DNA from: Vicugna vicugna
Lineage: Eukaryota
Direction: 5' to 3'
Length of the DNA: 64,000 nucleotides
NCBI GenBank assembly: GCA_013265495.1
Contig: MU059180.1
Coordinates: 558,992-622,991, forward strand
Shown here: one piece after another, positions 45,663-64,000 of the stretch
How the letters are laid out: every line of letters starts with the position of its first letter
Position numbering within the stretch: position 1 is the stretch's first letter
Translations under genes and position numbers: made by a program
Notes under the pieces: model-generated
What the model was told of the DNA's origin: nothing
Databases searched by the model: none
The model's input: the letters and a program-made list of their open reading frames with translations, nothing else

Positions 45663-45670
45663 TTTATATT
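45663..45670 (-). terminator. Candidate proximal RBM23 poly(A) signal (non-canonical AATATA/TATAAA)
   Basis: Minus strand reads GGAATATAAAACATTTGTAATG followed by a U-rich element; ~1 kb after the stop. Confidence 0.45.
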
Positions 45671-45794
45671 CCTAGAACCACTCGTGGTTTTGGCTCATGA
45701 GAAGTTAACATCAGACAGACACACCCAACGGACTGAGACCACATGGGAAGCAGCCACCACAACAGTGGGGCCTGTTTTCTGTACAAAGTTTTTA

Positions 45795-45842
45795 TGTATA
45801 CATATATATACATATATACATATACATATACATATATATAAT
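45795..45842. repeat. Imperfect (TA/CA)n microsatellite in RBM23 3' UTR
   Basis: TATACATATATATACATATATACATATACATATACATATATATA. Confidence 0.85.
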
Positions 45843-46703
45843 TTATGTACACAGACGCTAGAGTATAAAATCCAGTGAGACGGGCTCACGTGTGCCCAGC
45901 TAGGGAACAGGAGCAACTTTAACAGCTGGGGTTGAGCCCAGTCTACAGAGGCACATGGAAGAGGTGGAGAGACACAGCCTCCCCTCCATCCTCCCAACCC
46001 TGGGCCAAAGGAAGGACAACTATACAAAGGAAGATGGAAGATACTGGAAAGGTACCGCACCTTCCACTAAACACCCGAATGCCCTGAAGACATTCAAAAC
46101 AGCTGGCAGGGCAGATCACTCCCACACCTCCCAGGAGGATGCTGAGTCCCCAGCAGTTAACTGTGGCCCCGAGGTCTAAGGCAGGCATCCCCATGCACGT
46201 GTCCGTGCTAGCTTCCAGGGTCCTTGTAGCAGCAAGCCAGCACCTTCAAGGTTCGCCCCCTCAAACTCCAAAGTCCTCGCGGACCAGAGGTCTTCAGGGT
46301 TTCCCCTGACAGATTGTAGGGTAAAGGTATAGGAGGAGAGCAGTTAGTTCCTTCGGTTAATGCCCTATAGCCTTCCCAATGGGGGAGGAATCGAGGAATC
46401 ACCGAGAGGTGGTAGGAAAGGGCATTAAAGGTCATCCCGGGAGACGACGTACACAGAGAAACAGATGGCCAACGCCAGTGCAGATGCTGTTCTCTTCGAC
46501 CAGCAGCTTTGCTCGGCAGAGTCCCTTCCCAGTGGGGCCGTGGCCAGGAGCTGTCTTGGTGTCTAAGGGGGGGCCCCAGTTCCCCCGCCATCAATGTTCA
46601 TGCCCTCAGGATGGCTTGGTCCATAAAACAGTGAAGGGGCCATGAAAGACGTGGAGAAGGGAGTGGCAGGACCGAGAGCACAGTGAGGCCTGTGCCACTG
46701 ATT

Positions 46704-49700
46704 TTACCTGTGGTGGTGAGAAGACGTCAACAGGAAACCGAAGGAAAGAAAACAACTAGAAACACCGAAAAGAACTGGGCCCTGAGACTCACATGGTTTG
46801 GGGAGTAAAGAGGCTGGAAAGCTGGAAGCACTGGGAGGCAATTGCTTGGGAGGCGAGGTTCAGGGCTGGACTCAGAGCTGAAACAAAGAGAGGAGTTAGT
46901 GAGCACAGGGCATTCCTGCCCTCCAGGCCCCACTCTTCTCCCCCTTTCCCAAGTGCAAGTCGACCAGTCAGAGCTGCTGGGTTCAGGGCCCCCAGAGGAA
47001 CTGCTCCATTCAGTTGCAAGGCAGCAGCTTGGGCGGCAGCGGCGGCAGCAGCCGCCGTGGTTGGCAGCTGGATTCCAGACCCTAAAGAGAAAGAAAAGGT
47101 GGGGATAAATCCCAACCCTTGATGTAAAGTTCAATCCTGTGTTCTTCACTCTGCAGAGAAATCCTACCTTCTGCCAATTTGGCCATGAGCTGCAAACGTC
47201 CACCTGCTGATCCCAGATCCAGCTCCTGGTCTCCATCAGGAAAAGTGATGTCTGTGCCACCATCCGGTCGCTCGGTCACATGGCCAACTCTCATAGGTCG
47301 ACCGGCAAGCTCAAAGCCATTCAACTGTTCCAGGGCCCGCTGGGCACACTCAGAGTCAGAGAACTACAAGAAACCCAGGTCACATCACATACCTCCTGGC
47401 CACAGATGTGCTCTCCAAGCCCCACTAACACTCCCTAGTCCTATTACCCCAGGAAAATTGCATGCTCACTGTGGCTCAAACTTTTCTTTTCCAGGGAATG
47501 TGGCCTAAGATCCCCATCTCCCAAAATGGTTCTCTGAACAGGACCTTTCCAACTGACTCAATAGCGATCTCTTTTCAATCTTCCAGCTCCACTGGGAACC
47601 TAACAATGCAAAAAGTCTATCATCCGTAGGGAGCCTAGCCTGACATCTGTTTCACAAATGGGTGTTATCAAATGGAAGAAAGACAGGCTGAGATCCAAGG
47701 CTCCTGAGCGTTTTACTTCAGCCCTCAGGACCAGCAAGTCTCAGTTCTCAGTCAAGAACTAGGAACATGGAACTCCAGAGCCCAGCCTTAGGACAGCGCA
47801 CACCCTGGTATTGAGAGCACAAGACTCCTCCCCCACCCCACCCCAGTGCTGCTGACTCTGATGTGCTGACCACAGGGCCTCTACTCTCTAGCTCCTTTCA
47901 TAAGCAGCACCCAGCAGCAGCTTGGCATAATGATGCTTCCCAGTCTGCTGTTTAAGTGTCAAGAGTGTTGACCTAAAAGGCAGCAACACAAGGGCAAAAG
48001 GCCCTCAGAAGCCTTTCCGCATCTGAGTCACACGGAGAGCTAGAAAAGGTACTTGCCACCATGAACACCACAGCCGGCTTTATTTACTCTGGTATTTCCT
48101 GCCCTAGGGCCTGGCACGTGGTGCTGACAGTTACTAGGCAGGTGGTGTAAGTGGCCTGCCTTTACCGGATACTTCTAAGATGAGCAACCCTCACGGTAAA
48201 ACACAACCTACCTCCCCTCTGCCCTGCAGGCAACTGTGGGGGTGTATGCTGCCTGGATTGAGCCCAGAAAATATTGGCTCCTATCAGACTGTGTGTCTGG
48301 CAGCCAGTCCTCAGCCTGGAGTCACATGAGGCTGGAAGAACCAGTTATGGGAATTGGAAACAATTTTGTTAGAGTGTCAGCAAAAGGTGAGACATGCCCA
48401 CTATCAGGTGGCCACACTATTCTCCCCATAGTGGTATTTAAATAAAAAAGGTATTTCTCAATGGAGAAACTGCTTCAAACTGGGTAGCCTCAGAGGGAAA
48501 TACGTAATTTTTAATTCCCACCCCACCATGAAAATACACCAATTCTATAAAGTGTGTATATAAAAGCCCATACCTAACCTCCCTCATGCCCCCAACCTCT
48601 TAGCTGCAGCCTGGAATCATTACTATTACCCAAAGAGCAAGTTGTAGCTCCAGGGAAGCTGGTTGAACTCCTGGACACCCCATACCGNNNNNNNNNNNNN
48701 NNNNNNNNNNNNNNNNNNNNNNNNNNNNNNNNNNNNNNNNNNNNNNNNNNNNNNNNNNNNNNNNNNNNNNNNNNNNNNNNNNNNNNNNNNNNNNNNNNNN
48801 NNNNNNNNNNNNNNNNNNNGAAGCTAAGCCGCAAAATCAGACAAGTGGCCCAACCCAAACTAAAATTTAAAAAAAGACTAGAAACTCACCGTAATGAAAC
48901 CATAACCTTTAGAGCCGCCTGTATCTGAGTCCTTCATCAGGACAATATTATCAATCTGCAGAATAAGAAGAAATTATCAGTCATCTTTTAGTTCACACAC
49001 ACCTTTGATCCTTCCTACCCAGACTGTTCTAAGTACCTCTAACTTTCCAGCCAACCCATACATCTCTCCAAATCTTTTTAAAAAAAAGAGACAAAGGCCA
49101 TCTTTTTCCCAAATACTTTTTCTGACTATTCTTAATCTGGACCCCACTGTTTGATTTCATGGCGCCTAATCTGCCACCTGAGCAGGATAAATACCGAGAT
49201 GGAGCCCAACTTTCCTAGCATGGACCAATTGGGCCATCATGACTCATGTAGGGGGTTAATCATGGTCAGACAGAATGAAGAGGTACACTCACCCTCCCCA
49301 CTTTTTCTAATTCCCTTCAGAGGTTTCCTTCACTTTCCACTCACTTTGCCAAAGGGCTCAAAGATTCCCCGGAGCATGTCCTCGGTGATATTGAAGTGCA
49401 GGGAGCCCACATAGAGACGCATCGGTCCACCGCTGCCTTTTTGCAGGTTGTTGGCCATGGCTGCCAGTCTGTTTTTCTCAGCCTGAGGAGGGAGGAAATG
49501 ATGGGTCATGTCCCACACCAACCACCTTCAAATCCAGTGTCTCATGTCAGCTCACAGCCTGCTCACCTGTGAGGCCTGTACAATGATAGGCACTCCTAGC
49601 AGCCGCTGACCCGTCAACCCAATGGCTAGTGGCACAGACTGCATCTCACAGAATTCCACATAAGCAATGCCCTTAGAACGACGTGAGTTTCGATCTGAGA

Positions 49701-51935
49701 TGATACGTACATCGCGAACCTATCCAGGGCAAAAAGGAAATCCTGAGTTGGGCATAAAGGGGGATGGATAGAACACAGGCTACTCAGAGAAAACTAAGGA
49801 GGGAAGAGGGTTACCTTGCCAACTGCAGAGAAAAAGTCCTCCAGGTCTCGAGGCCGAATGCGGGCAGCTAACTGCATACAGAACACAGTGCGGGCATCAC
49901 GCTCCTCAGGACTCAGATTATCAACAGGCTCCCTGAAGAGCAAGTAGAATCTGTTGAGACTCCTTCCGAATACTTGGTCGTCATACTTCAGCTACCCTCT
50001 AGTACTACACATTCTTGTGGTTTGGTTCAAACTCCTTTTATTCCTATTTCACAATCCCTAGAAGAGTGCTCATAATCAACTCACCTGACCGGGCTCTTCT
50101 CTCTGAAATGAGGACTCTTACTGTGTCCGCACCTGCGCCTACGGAATAGAGAACAAAATGGAAAACCACGTTACCCAACTTTACTCACACTGGCCTAGTG
50201 CTGGGGCTTCTGCCATGAGAAAACCAGATTACAGCACCTTATCTCTCTTGTGAATTCTCACCATCATCCCTCCAGGAACTGGGTCTCCTGCCTATCACAA
50301 CAACAGGTTATAAGCACCCTCAGGCAGGCAGGGACCACAGTGCGTTTGTTTTACCCAGATTATGACACAAATGTGATCTTATTAGCAAAAAGTGATACCC
50401 AGCTGCAAACGATGGACTCCTGTAGCGCACACGATCCTCTCGACGCCGGTCTCGACTTCGTGACTCACTGCTATGTCGACGATCCCAGCTTCGGCTGCGG
50501 TGATGACGCTGCCGATCTCGACTTCGGCTCCGACTGCTTCTCCGCCGATGACGATCCCGGTCTCGGTCTCGACTATGACTATTGCCAGAAAGGACTATTA
50601 AGTTTCTTAAAGAACAAACCAACCTCTTCTGGCCTTTACTGTACAGCTTTCCCTGGTATCTCTCCATTCATAATTCTCAAAACCCAACAGTCCCTAGAAT
50701 GACTGACCTGCGTTTTCTATCCCTGCTTTTACTATGGCTCCGGCTCCTCTTCTTTCTGTGAAAGAGAGTATAAACACTTCTTACTGAGGTTTCAGTATCT
50801 CTCATAAGGAAAAGGAATGACAGAAAGGCCAGGATGAAACAGAAAGCAGTAACAGACCACCCCGCCTAGAAGACAACCTGGCAGTAGTTCCCTATCAATG
50901 GCACGACACCACTTTACACACAGCGCTACATGCTGTCATTCCCCACCAAACCAAGCAAAAGCTGGTGTTTCCAAATCAGAGGTCCTCTTGCTATTTTATT
51001 CAAATGAAATACATCGATGCTAGGACCGGTCCACAAATCTACACTGGAAAGGGAAGACTGGAAGATCATTAAACCAAGTCACCATTATTCCCATGACCCA
51101 GTGGTGCCACTACTAAAAGTCAGAAGTCGAGCAACCACCTCCCTGTTCTGGCTGTTTCTATAACAGACACAGCTGTTTCTTTCCCCAAGATGCCAACCCA
51201 TTTCCCTCCCCGCACACTCACTTGCTTGCCTCCCCACTGGCACTGCTCCCACTGGTACCACTGCCACTGCTGCCAGTGCTGCTGGTGCTGTTGGTGATGT
51301 TGCTAGGGCTGTCCTTTTTAATCTCTTTCCTTTGCTGCTCATCCTGAGGGGTTCGCCAGGAAAATGACCATAAGGTACCAGATGACACAGATTCCATTGC
51401 ACAGAGAACAAAAGTGGACAAGGAAGAAAGCTCATAAAATCAATGCTCTCAATTTTTTAAACAGTTGTGAGCACCTGGATCGCCTAACAAAGGGAATAGA
51501 GAAGGAAGGAAACTAGCCAAAAAGAAGAGCTCCGAGTCAAAACTTTAGCTACCCAACATGTGTTCCACTGACATCTATTTAGGAGTTAGGTCTGAGATAC
51601 ACTGACTTTCTACTGTGTCACTGAGAACTAGGCAAAGCACTCACTCCCACCACATTATTTGCTCCCTGCCATTTTAGGGACCCCCTCTGCAAGCACCACC
51701 CTTGAGCATGGATCTCCAGCAGAGCTTACTAAAAGACTAGGCCTTTTACGAATAGCCACTGTACATAATAAACGAATAGGGAAAGAAAATTCACAAAATG
51801 TTGAAACTGATGATCCACAACTGTTTTTTCTTACTAACCCAATTCCAAGAGTGAGGTGGGGAACATTACCTCCTCTTTTTTATAAGGAGCCTCCAGCATG
51901 GCCTCAATCACTATATCAAAGTCATCAGATGCCAT
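46704..51935 (-). CDS. RBM23: RNA-binding motif protein 23 (CAPER-beta, RBM39 paralog), 13 coding exons, 448 aa
   Basis: Coding exons (5'->3'): 51935-51870, 51343-51222, 50755-50708, 50578-50399, 50138-50085, 49932-49815, 49719-49567, 49482-49345, 48955-48890, 47363-47168, 47081-46965, 46877-46793, 46707-46704 (1347 nt). MASDDFDIVIEAMLEAPYKK start, RS domain, RRM1 (KGIAYVEF), RRM2 (LYVGSL, KGYGFITF), poly-Ala. Confidence 0.96.
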
Positions 51936-52719
51936 TGTAGCAGATCTGAGGAGAGGATATCAATACATAAGAACCTCATCTATATTTTTCCTCCCTTCCA
52001 GCACCCCACATCCCCTCCCCCCTCCAAGAAACAGACCTCAGGATATACAGTTCTGTTTCTTGAACTCCAAAGGGATCTTACCGGCTGTTGCTTACCCTAG
52101 GTTTATTTTTGCATCTTACAGATCTGAACTAGTTCTGCTTAGTCGCTTAGAAAAGGTCAAGGGTCTAGAAGGAAACTGAGTATCTAGGTAGAAACAAAAT
52201 ACAATATAGACCCTGTCCTGTGAAGAGAAAATGTTGGTACTCAAAAGTATTATTCACTTTACAATGGATACTTGGCCTCCATTCTACTGTTCAAAACTCT
52301 GAATAAACAATTGGTTTAAATTTAAACTGGCACATATTTTCAATAAAAAAATAAAAATGCAAGACTAAAAATTAGGAACAAGACAAAGCAACACCAGAAT
52401 AATGCAGATTTGCCCTAAGTTCTTCCCCCACCCAAACATCAATAATGAGGGATTCATTATTAAGCATTTTTTGTACAGTATCAACTAGAATTTAAATAAC
52501 TCAGAAAGACTGTAATTAAGGCAGGCTCAACCAGTTCCACTTTGAAGCCTTTCTATCTAGGCAGGCAGGGTAAGACTTCTCGCCTACCCCAAGTTTTCAC
52601 ATCTAGCAATCGTCTTTCCCAAGTCTGTCCACCACAGGTCTGTCAAATAAGAAAAACAGAAGACACCAAAGAAAATCAACAGGATAAATTATTCAAAAAT
52701 TATTGGTCTGAAACTATCA

Positions 52720-53037
52720 ATATATGTAACATGGCTGAATCTCAAAATAATTACGTCAAGTGAGAAAACATTAAAAAAAAAAGCACATACTATATGATTT
52801 CATTTATATAAAATTCTAGAAAATGCAAACTAACCTGTAGTGACAGAAAGCAGATCAGTGGTTGCCTAGGGATAGGAACAGGTGGGGAGGGGCTAGGAGG
52901 AAAGGATTACAAAAGGGCATTTTGGAAATTTGATGGTTTCATGGTGTTTACACATCAAAACTCAGCAAACTGTACACTTCAATGTGTTCAGTTTTATTTT
53001 ATGTCAGTTATACTTCAATAAAGCTAAAAAAAAAAAA
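52720..53037 (+). mobile_element. Old L1 (L1M-type) 3' end with poly(A) tail, in RBM23 intron 1
   Basis: ACATACTATATGATTTCATTTATATAAAATTCTAG...AGCAGATCAGTGGTTGCC...TTCAATAAAGCTAAAAAAAAAA. Confidence 0.8.
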
Positions 53038-54849
53038 CCTCAACTAATCTGAAGAACTTCTATGCAAGGAGGCCAGTGGTAATCAGACTTTCATATCCAC
53101 AAGAGCTTTGTCCTCTTTAAAGCAGCTAATGCATCATCTAATCATGCTGTCCTGGTTGCCCTGAGTCCACAGCCCATTCTGATGACTTAATAAGACTAAC
53201 CATTATACCTAACATTTATACTACCTACTATTGCTAGACACTGTGCTGAACATGTTACAGAGGTTAAGATTCTTGGAAAGAGCCAAACAATAAAATTAAC
53301 TTGGAGCCAAATTTAAGGCTTAAAATGGAAATCAAACCAAAATCAAATAAGTATACCTAAAAACCACTGAAGTCAATCTCTTAACACCTAACATTTATTT
53401 AGCAATCAACAGTAACATATGCCATAGGCAGATTTTGGATCTAATGCACAGATCAAAAAAACTGAGATTCCGTGAACCGCCTGAAGTTACAAAGCTCAAA
53501 TGGAGGAGCTGACCCTTGATCAAAATTAATGTTCTATCAGGTTACCTCTCTCTCATGTGGTTTATAACTTAACTTTAAAGGAAATTTGTAAAAGTACCCA
53601 GCATACCAACATGTCTATTTTTCAATATATTCTCGTCTAGAGAATTAATGTTCTAATACGTATATAAAAAGATTCAATCTTATTAGTCATACCTTATTGT
53701 GGGACTTCTAGATATTCAGTATGTAACAGTATATGCTTCAAAATATCAGGAACAAGGCTGATTTTAATATATGCTATCTGGCCTATCGTGGGGAAAATGG
53801 TTCTAAAAGGAAGTTTTTGATCTACAAACTCGGTTCCTTTCATTTTGGCTGCCAAATCTACACAAATTTTCTAAGTGTCATAAAGCTCTTCACTATTTTT
53901 TACAGTCTGTGGTTAACTCCAAATGAAACGCTTCTGGTTTCAAAAATTGCCCTTTGTTGGATGCTAGTACAGAGCAGGGATAACTTAACCACACAGAACT
54001 TTTCATCTAAGTCGACAAATGAACCTCTACATATGGTATAAAGCTTTCAGACTTCAGAAACAAATGAATCTGTTTAAGCACAGACATGTATAATACCAGC
54101 ACACTTTGAAATCTGTGATCTCCTTGGGTTTAGTCTGTCTTTCTAGATGTCCTAAAAGCAGTCATGTCCCAAACACTATGGACTTTTCAAACTCAAGTCC
54201 TAACTTACAGGCCATGGTCCATTCAATCTCATCCATTAAAGCACTACTGTGCTTTGTTTCAACCCTACTCCAAAAACTGCATTAAGGGCCCACAATCATG
54301 AGTGCCTGAACCTTGTCACAGCACTATCAAGACCCAAGTCAGCACTTAGGCCCACTGCTGTGGGGGCAAAGGGAGTGAAGAACCACTGTCACTGTCAGCC
54401 TCATTCAGGCAGAAGTCACCAAACTCTGGAGTCCCAGGAGTGATGGTAGCGCCATCTCCTGGGTCCGGTCACTGAGCTGGGAACAAACAGCTCCAAACTG
54501 AAGGCAGCTTAATTAAAAACAGGAACAATGAGAAAGATAAAAAACATTCCCCATGTTGTGTAACAAGCCAAGGCTACGCTTCAAAAAACGGTCCTACAAG
54601 TGACCGACAGCAGCATCTCTGCGTGGGCCAGTGTCCCAATACTAAAACCTCGTGTGTGGCCTCACTATACGCCACCGCCACAGAATGTGTGGTCAAATTT
54701 AGTGGTCAAAAATAGCGAACATGAGTCTTCCAGAGACTGAAGATTGAGGGAGAAATCTCAACTCCTTCACCTCTCTCTGAAAGGTGGCACTAGGGACTGA
54801 AAACCGATCCCACGAGACCTCTGAGATCGCGGTGGGTCCATGCTCCCTC

Positions 54850-55750
54850 CACCGTCTGGGAGACCCTTAACGTCAGGGCTGCGGGGCCTTTAGGAGACCA
54901 GTCACTGGGACCCTTGAAATACCATCTTCATCGGTAAAGGATACAGCCACTAGGGTGCCGATCCCTAAAACCATGCCAGTGGACTACAGTTACGTAGTGA
55001 ACACTTCTGGATCAAAGTAAACAAAAATTTTTTTTTAATTTGAAGTTTGCCCGAGTCTGCTCTTGACGCCATTTTCTGCCTGTGACGTCAGGGGGAGGCG
55101 CCGTACGGCAACGTCACGCATTGGTGACGTCGCGGGGGACCCAGTTTCGGGGTTTCTTACCAGTTCCGGGTCCCCGCAGGGGGGTCCCGGTTCCCTCCGA
55201 TCTTTTGGGTGTGTTGGGGGACCCGAAGCACGAGACTCTTCCAGAGACCCAGTAGGAAAAGCAGCACTGTAGCTGGAGCTACTCACCTTCCCGCAAAATG
55301 GCGGCAGCTCCGCTGTCTTCCAGAACCTTCCCCAATCTGCGCAGGCGCCGAAACATTCAGGCGGTGGAACTAATGCCACTGGTTTCGCGGCAACAGGCCA
55401 AACTGTAGGTTTTCATTGGCTAAAGTCCTAAATATGGGTGGAGCCAAGTTGAAAGGTCTCTTAGCAACCATCAAGTTCCCATTGATTGGCTAACCTTTCC
55501 GAGGCTCTGGGAAAGTAGGAGCGTCCTTAGGTAACCGCCCGTCGCTCTCTCATTGGCTAGAAGACTTGCGGAAGGCGGGGGAACCGGGCAGGGAACAGAA
55601 GAGAAGGACCCTCCTGTCCCATTCCCGGGCGCTCCTATATACTAGGCTGACAGCGTGGGCGGAGCCAACGAGGAGGTACCATTGACGTCCTTGGCCAGTT
55701 TTACTCTGATTTGCCGAGTGGGTCACGTCGGACTTCTCCCGCACAGCTTT
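54850..55750 (-). promoter_or_regulatory. RBM23: RBM23 CpG-island promoter and non-coding exon 1 (donor after 55287)
   Basis: Minus strand GCGGGAAG|GTGAGT donor; YY1 CAAAATGGCGGC 55294-55305; several CCAAT/ATTGG boxes 55330-55560; CRE TGACGTCA 55083-55090. Confidence 0.8.
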
Positions 55751-56124
55751 ATGCAGAGTAACTGCATTTGCTTCACATCGGGAAGGATGCTGGGTTCCAC
55801 ATCCCCATTCTGTGCAGGCGGCCTCTACACCTCCTGCTCTCAGCGCTTGGACCTGACAGGTCTTGTCACAGATTTGTCTTCTTCCACATTCTGCCTGGTC
55901 TTACAACTCACTTACCTTCAGTTCAAATCGGTGCCCCACACCACTCCCACTGCAAGGGTAAACTTGGGAGTTTCTCAGTTGACTCCTTGTGTGCAGCAGT
56001 CCTCGGCCCTTTTATCAGAAAGAGAAGGAACTTATGCCCACCCTCACGTCCCAAGGGCTTCCAGAACCCTAAAAGACTTCAGCTATTTAATATAGATACT
56101 ACTTAATATAGTAGCTGGTTATAA

Positions 56125-56260
56125 CATGAAGAGCCACTGGGTCAGAAAAACCGTGTTGAATCCTGATTTGAATACCAATTTTGTATCATCGTACAATTTC
56201 AAATTCCTCTTCTGTAAAATGTAGAATTGGACTAGATTATCTCTTAAGGGCTTCAAATGC
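56125..56260 (+). mobile_element. MIR fragment
   Basis: TTGAATCCTGA...TTCCTCTTCTGTAAAATG...GGACTAGATTATCTCTTAAGG. Confidence 0.6.
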
Positions 56261-56674
56261 TAACCCTGTGATTTTATTCAAACAAAATAGAGGGCCTCTT
56301 GCTGGACATGCCTGAATGACTTCCAGTTCTCTCCCAAGAGGTAATAAAGGAGCTGGCAGTGCAGCAGCTCAGGAAGTTGAAAGGGAAGCTGGCTTCACTC
56401 ACTACCCCATCCTTCTCCAAGGTGGCAAACTCTACTCCTTCTCCCCAGAGAAGAGTCTAATCACAGGTCCTAATGGACAAGACCTCTCTGTAGCTGGTCA
56501 GAAAGGCCTATACCCAGGAGTCCAAGAGTTACCACTAAGCTTCTTAAATAGGAAATAAACTCCAGGCCCCTTCAAGTCTTGGACAAGAACACAAATCTGA
56601 ACACGTGTAAGTAATGGGTGGAGAAGCAGAGGCAGGGGGCAGCAGGGTTGGAACAGGAAAGGCCATAACTTCAC

Positions 56675-56680
56675 TTTATT
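56675..56680 (-). terminator. PRMT5 polyadenylation signal
   Basis: AATAAA on the minus strand ~370 nt after the TAG stop. Confidence 0.8.
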
Positions 56681-57046
56681 TGTATTTCCTCCTTACACAA
56701 AGCCATCAAAACAGGAACAAAGATGGGAAGGGGAAAGGGCTGAAAATATGTTCAATCCACATGTTCTCAGGGCCATCCCAGGGAGCACCTGAAGCTGAGT
56801 GCCTGCTGGAGTAGCCTCGGGTCTAACAAGAATTCCTCATGCCCTGGCGTGAAGTCTTCACAGATTGGTGGCTTGAGCCCTGCAATTCTCATCCTTTGCC
56901 CATCTTGCCATAAGGTAGGAAAGCAGACTGAAACGCTCTTCTCTTGATGGGCAAGGCCAATCAGCACCCACAGCGTACTGCATCTTCTGTGCTACAGGAA
57001 CAGAACCTGAAGCAGCTTCTAAAGCTCTGGACACTTGCAGACAAGG

Positions 57047-64000
<6,954 letters not shown>

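Noticed and set aside
45700-46700. Relic of the RBM39-type UHM/RRM3 exons in the RBM23 3' UTR
   Set aside because: Manual reading of part of this region found no WDTEIKDDV, GNVYVK or GRWFAG-like remnants.

Overview
Mammalian (eutherian) genomic DNA with six protein-coding genes in the order I recall for human chr14q11.2: the 3' end of MRPL52 (+), MMP14 (+), LRP10 (+), REM2 (+), RBM23 (-) and PRMT5 (-). Exon structures were traced by hand from splice signals and recognised protein sequence, and the four fully visible genes sum to intact frames. Parts of two PRMT5 exons lie in N gaps. A young tRNA-derived SINE family suggests a camelid (inference). Intergenic and intronic DNA holds MIR, L2, L1, MaLR LTR and hAT remnants. 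The most unusual signal is a CpG-rich non-repeat block between MMP14 and LRP10 (~16210-16720, minus strand) that reads, across frameshifts, as a fossil PRY-SPRY (B30.2) exon of a TRIM16/TRIM47-like gene, with a possible coiled-coil relic upstream. Other points: an out-of-frame alternative PRMT5 first exon, a GC-AG intron in MMP14, four stop-free 3n introns, a protein-neutral terminal intron in RBM23, a strong-Kozak uORF in LRP10, a shifted NAGNAG acceptor and a downstream ORF in REM2. All comparisons with human or other proteins are from memory, not from searches.
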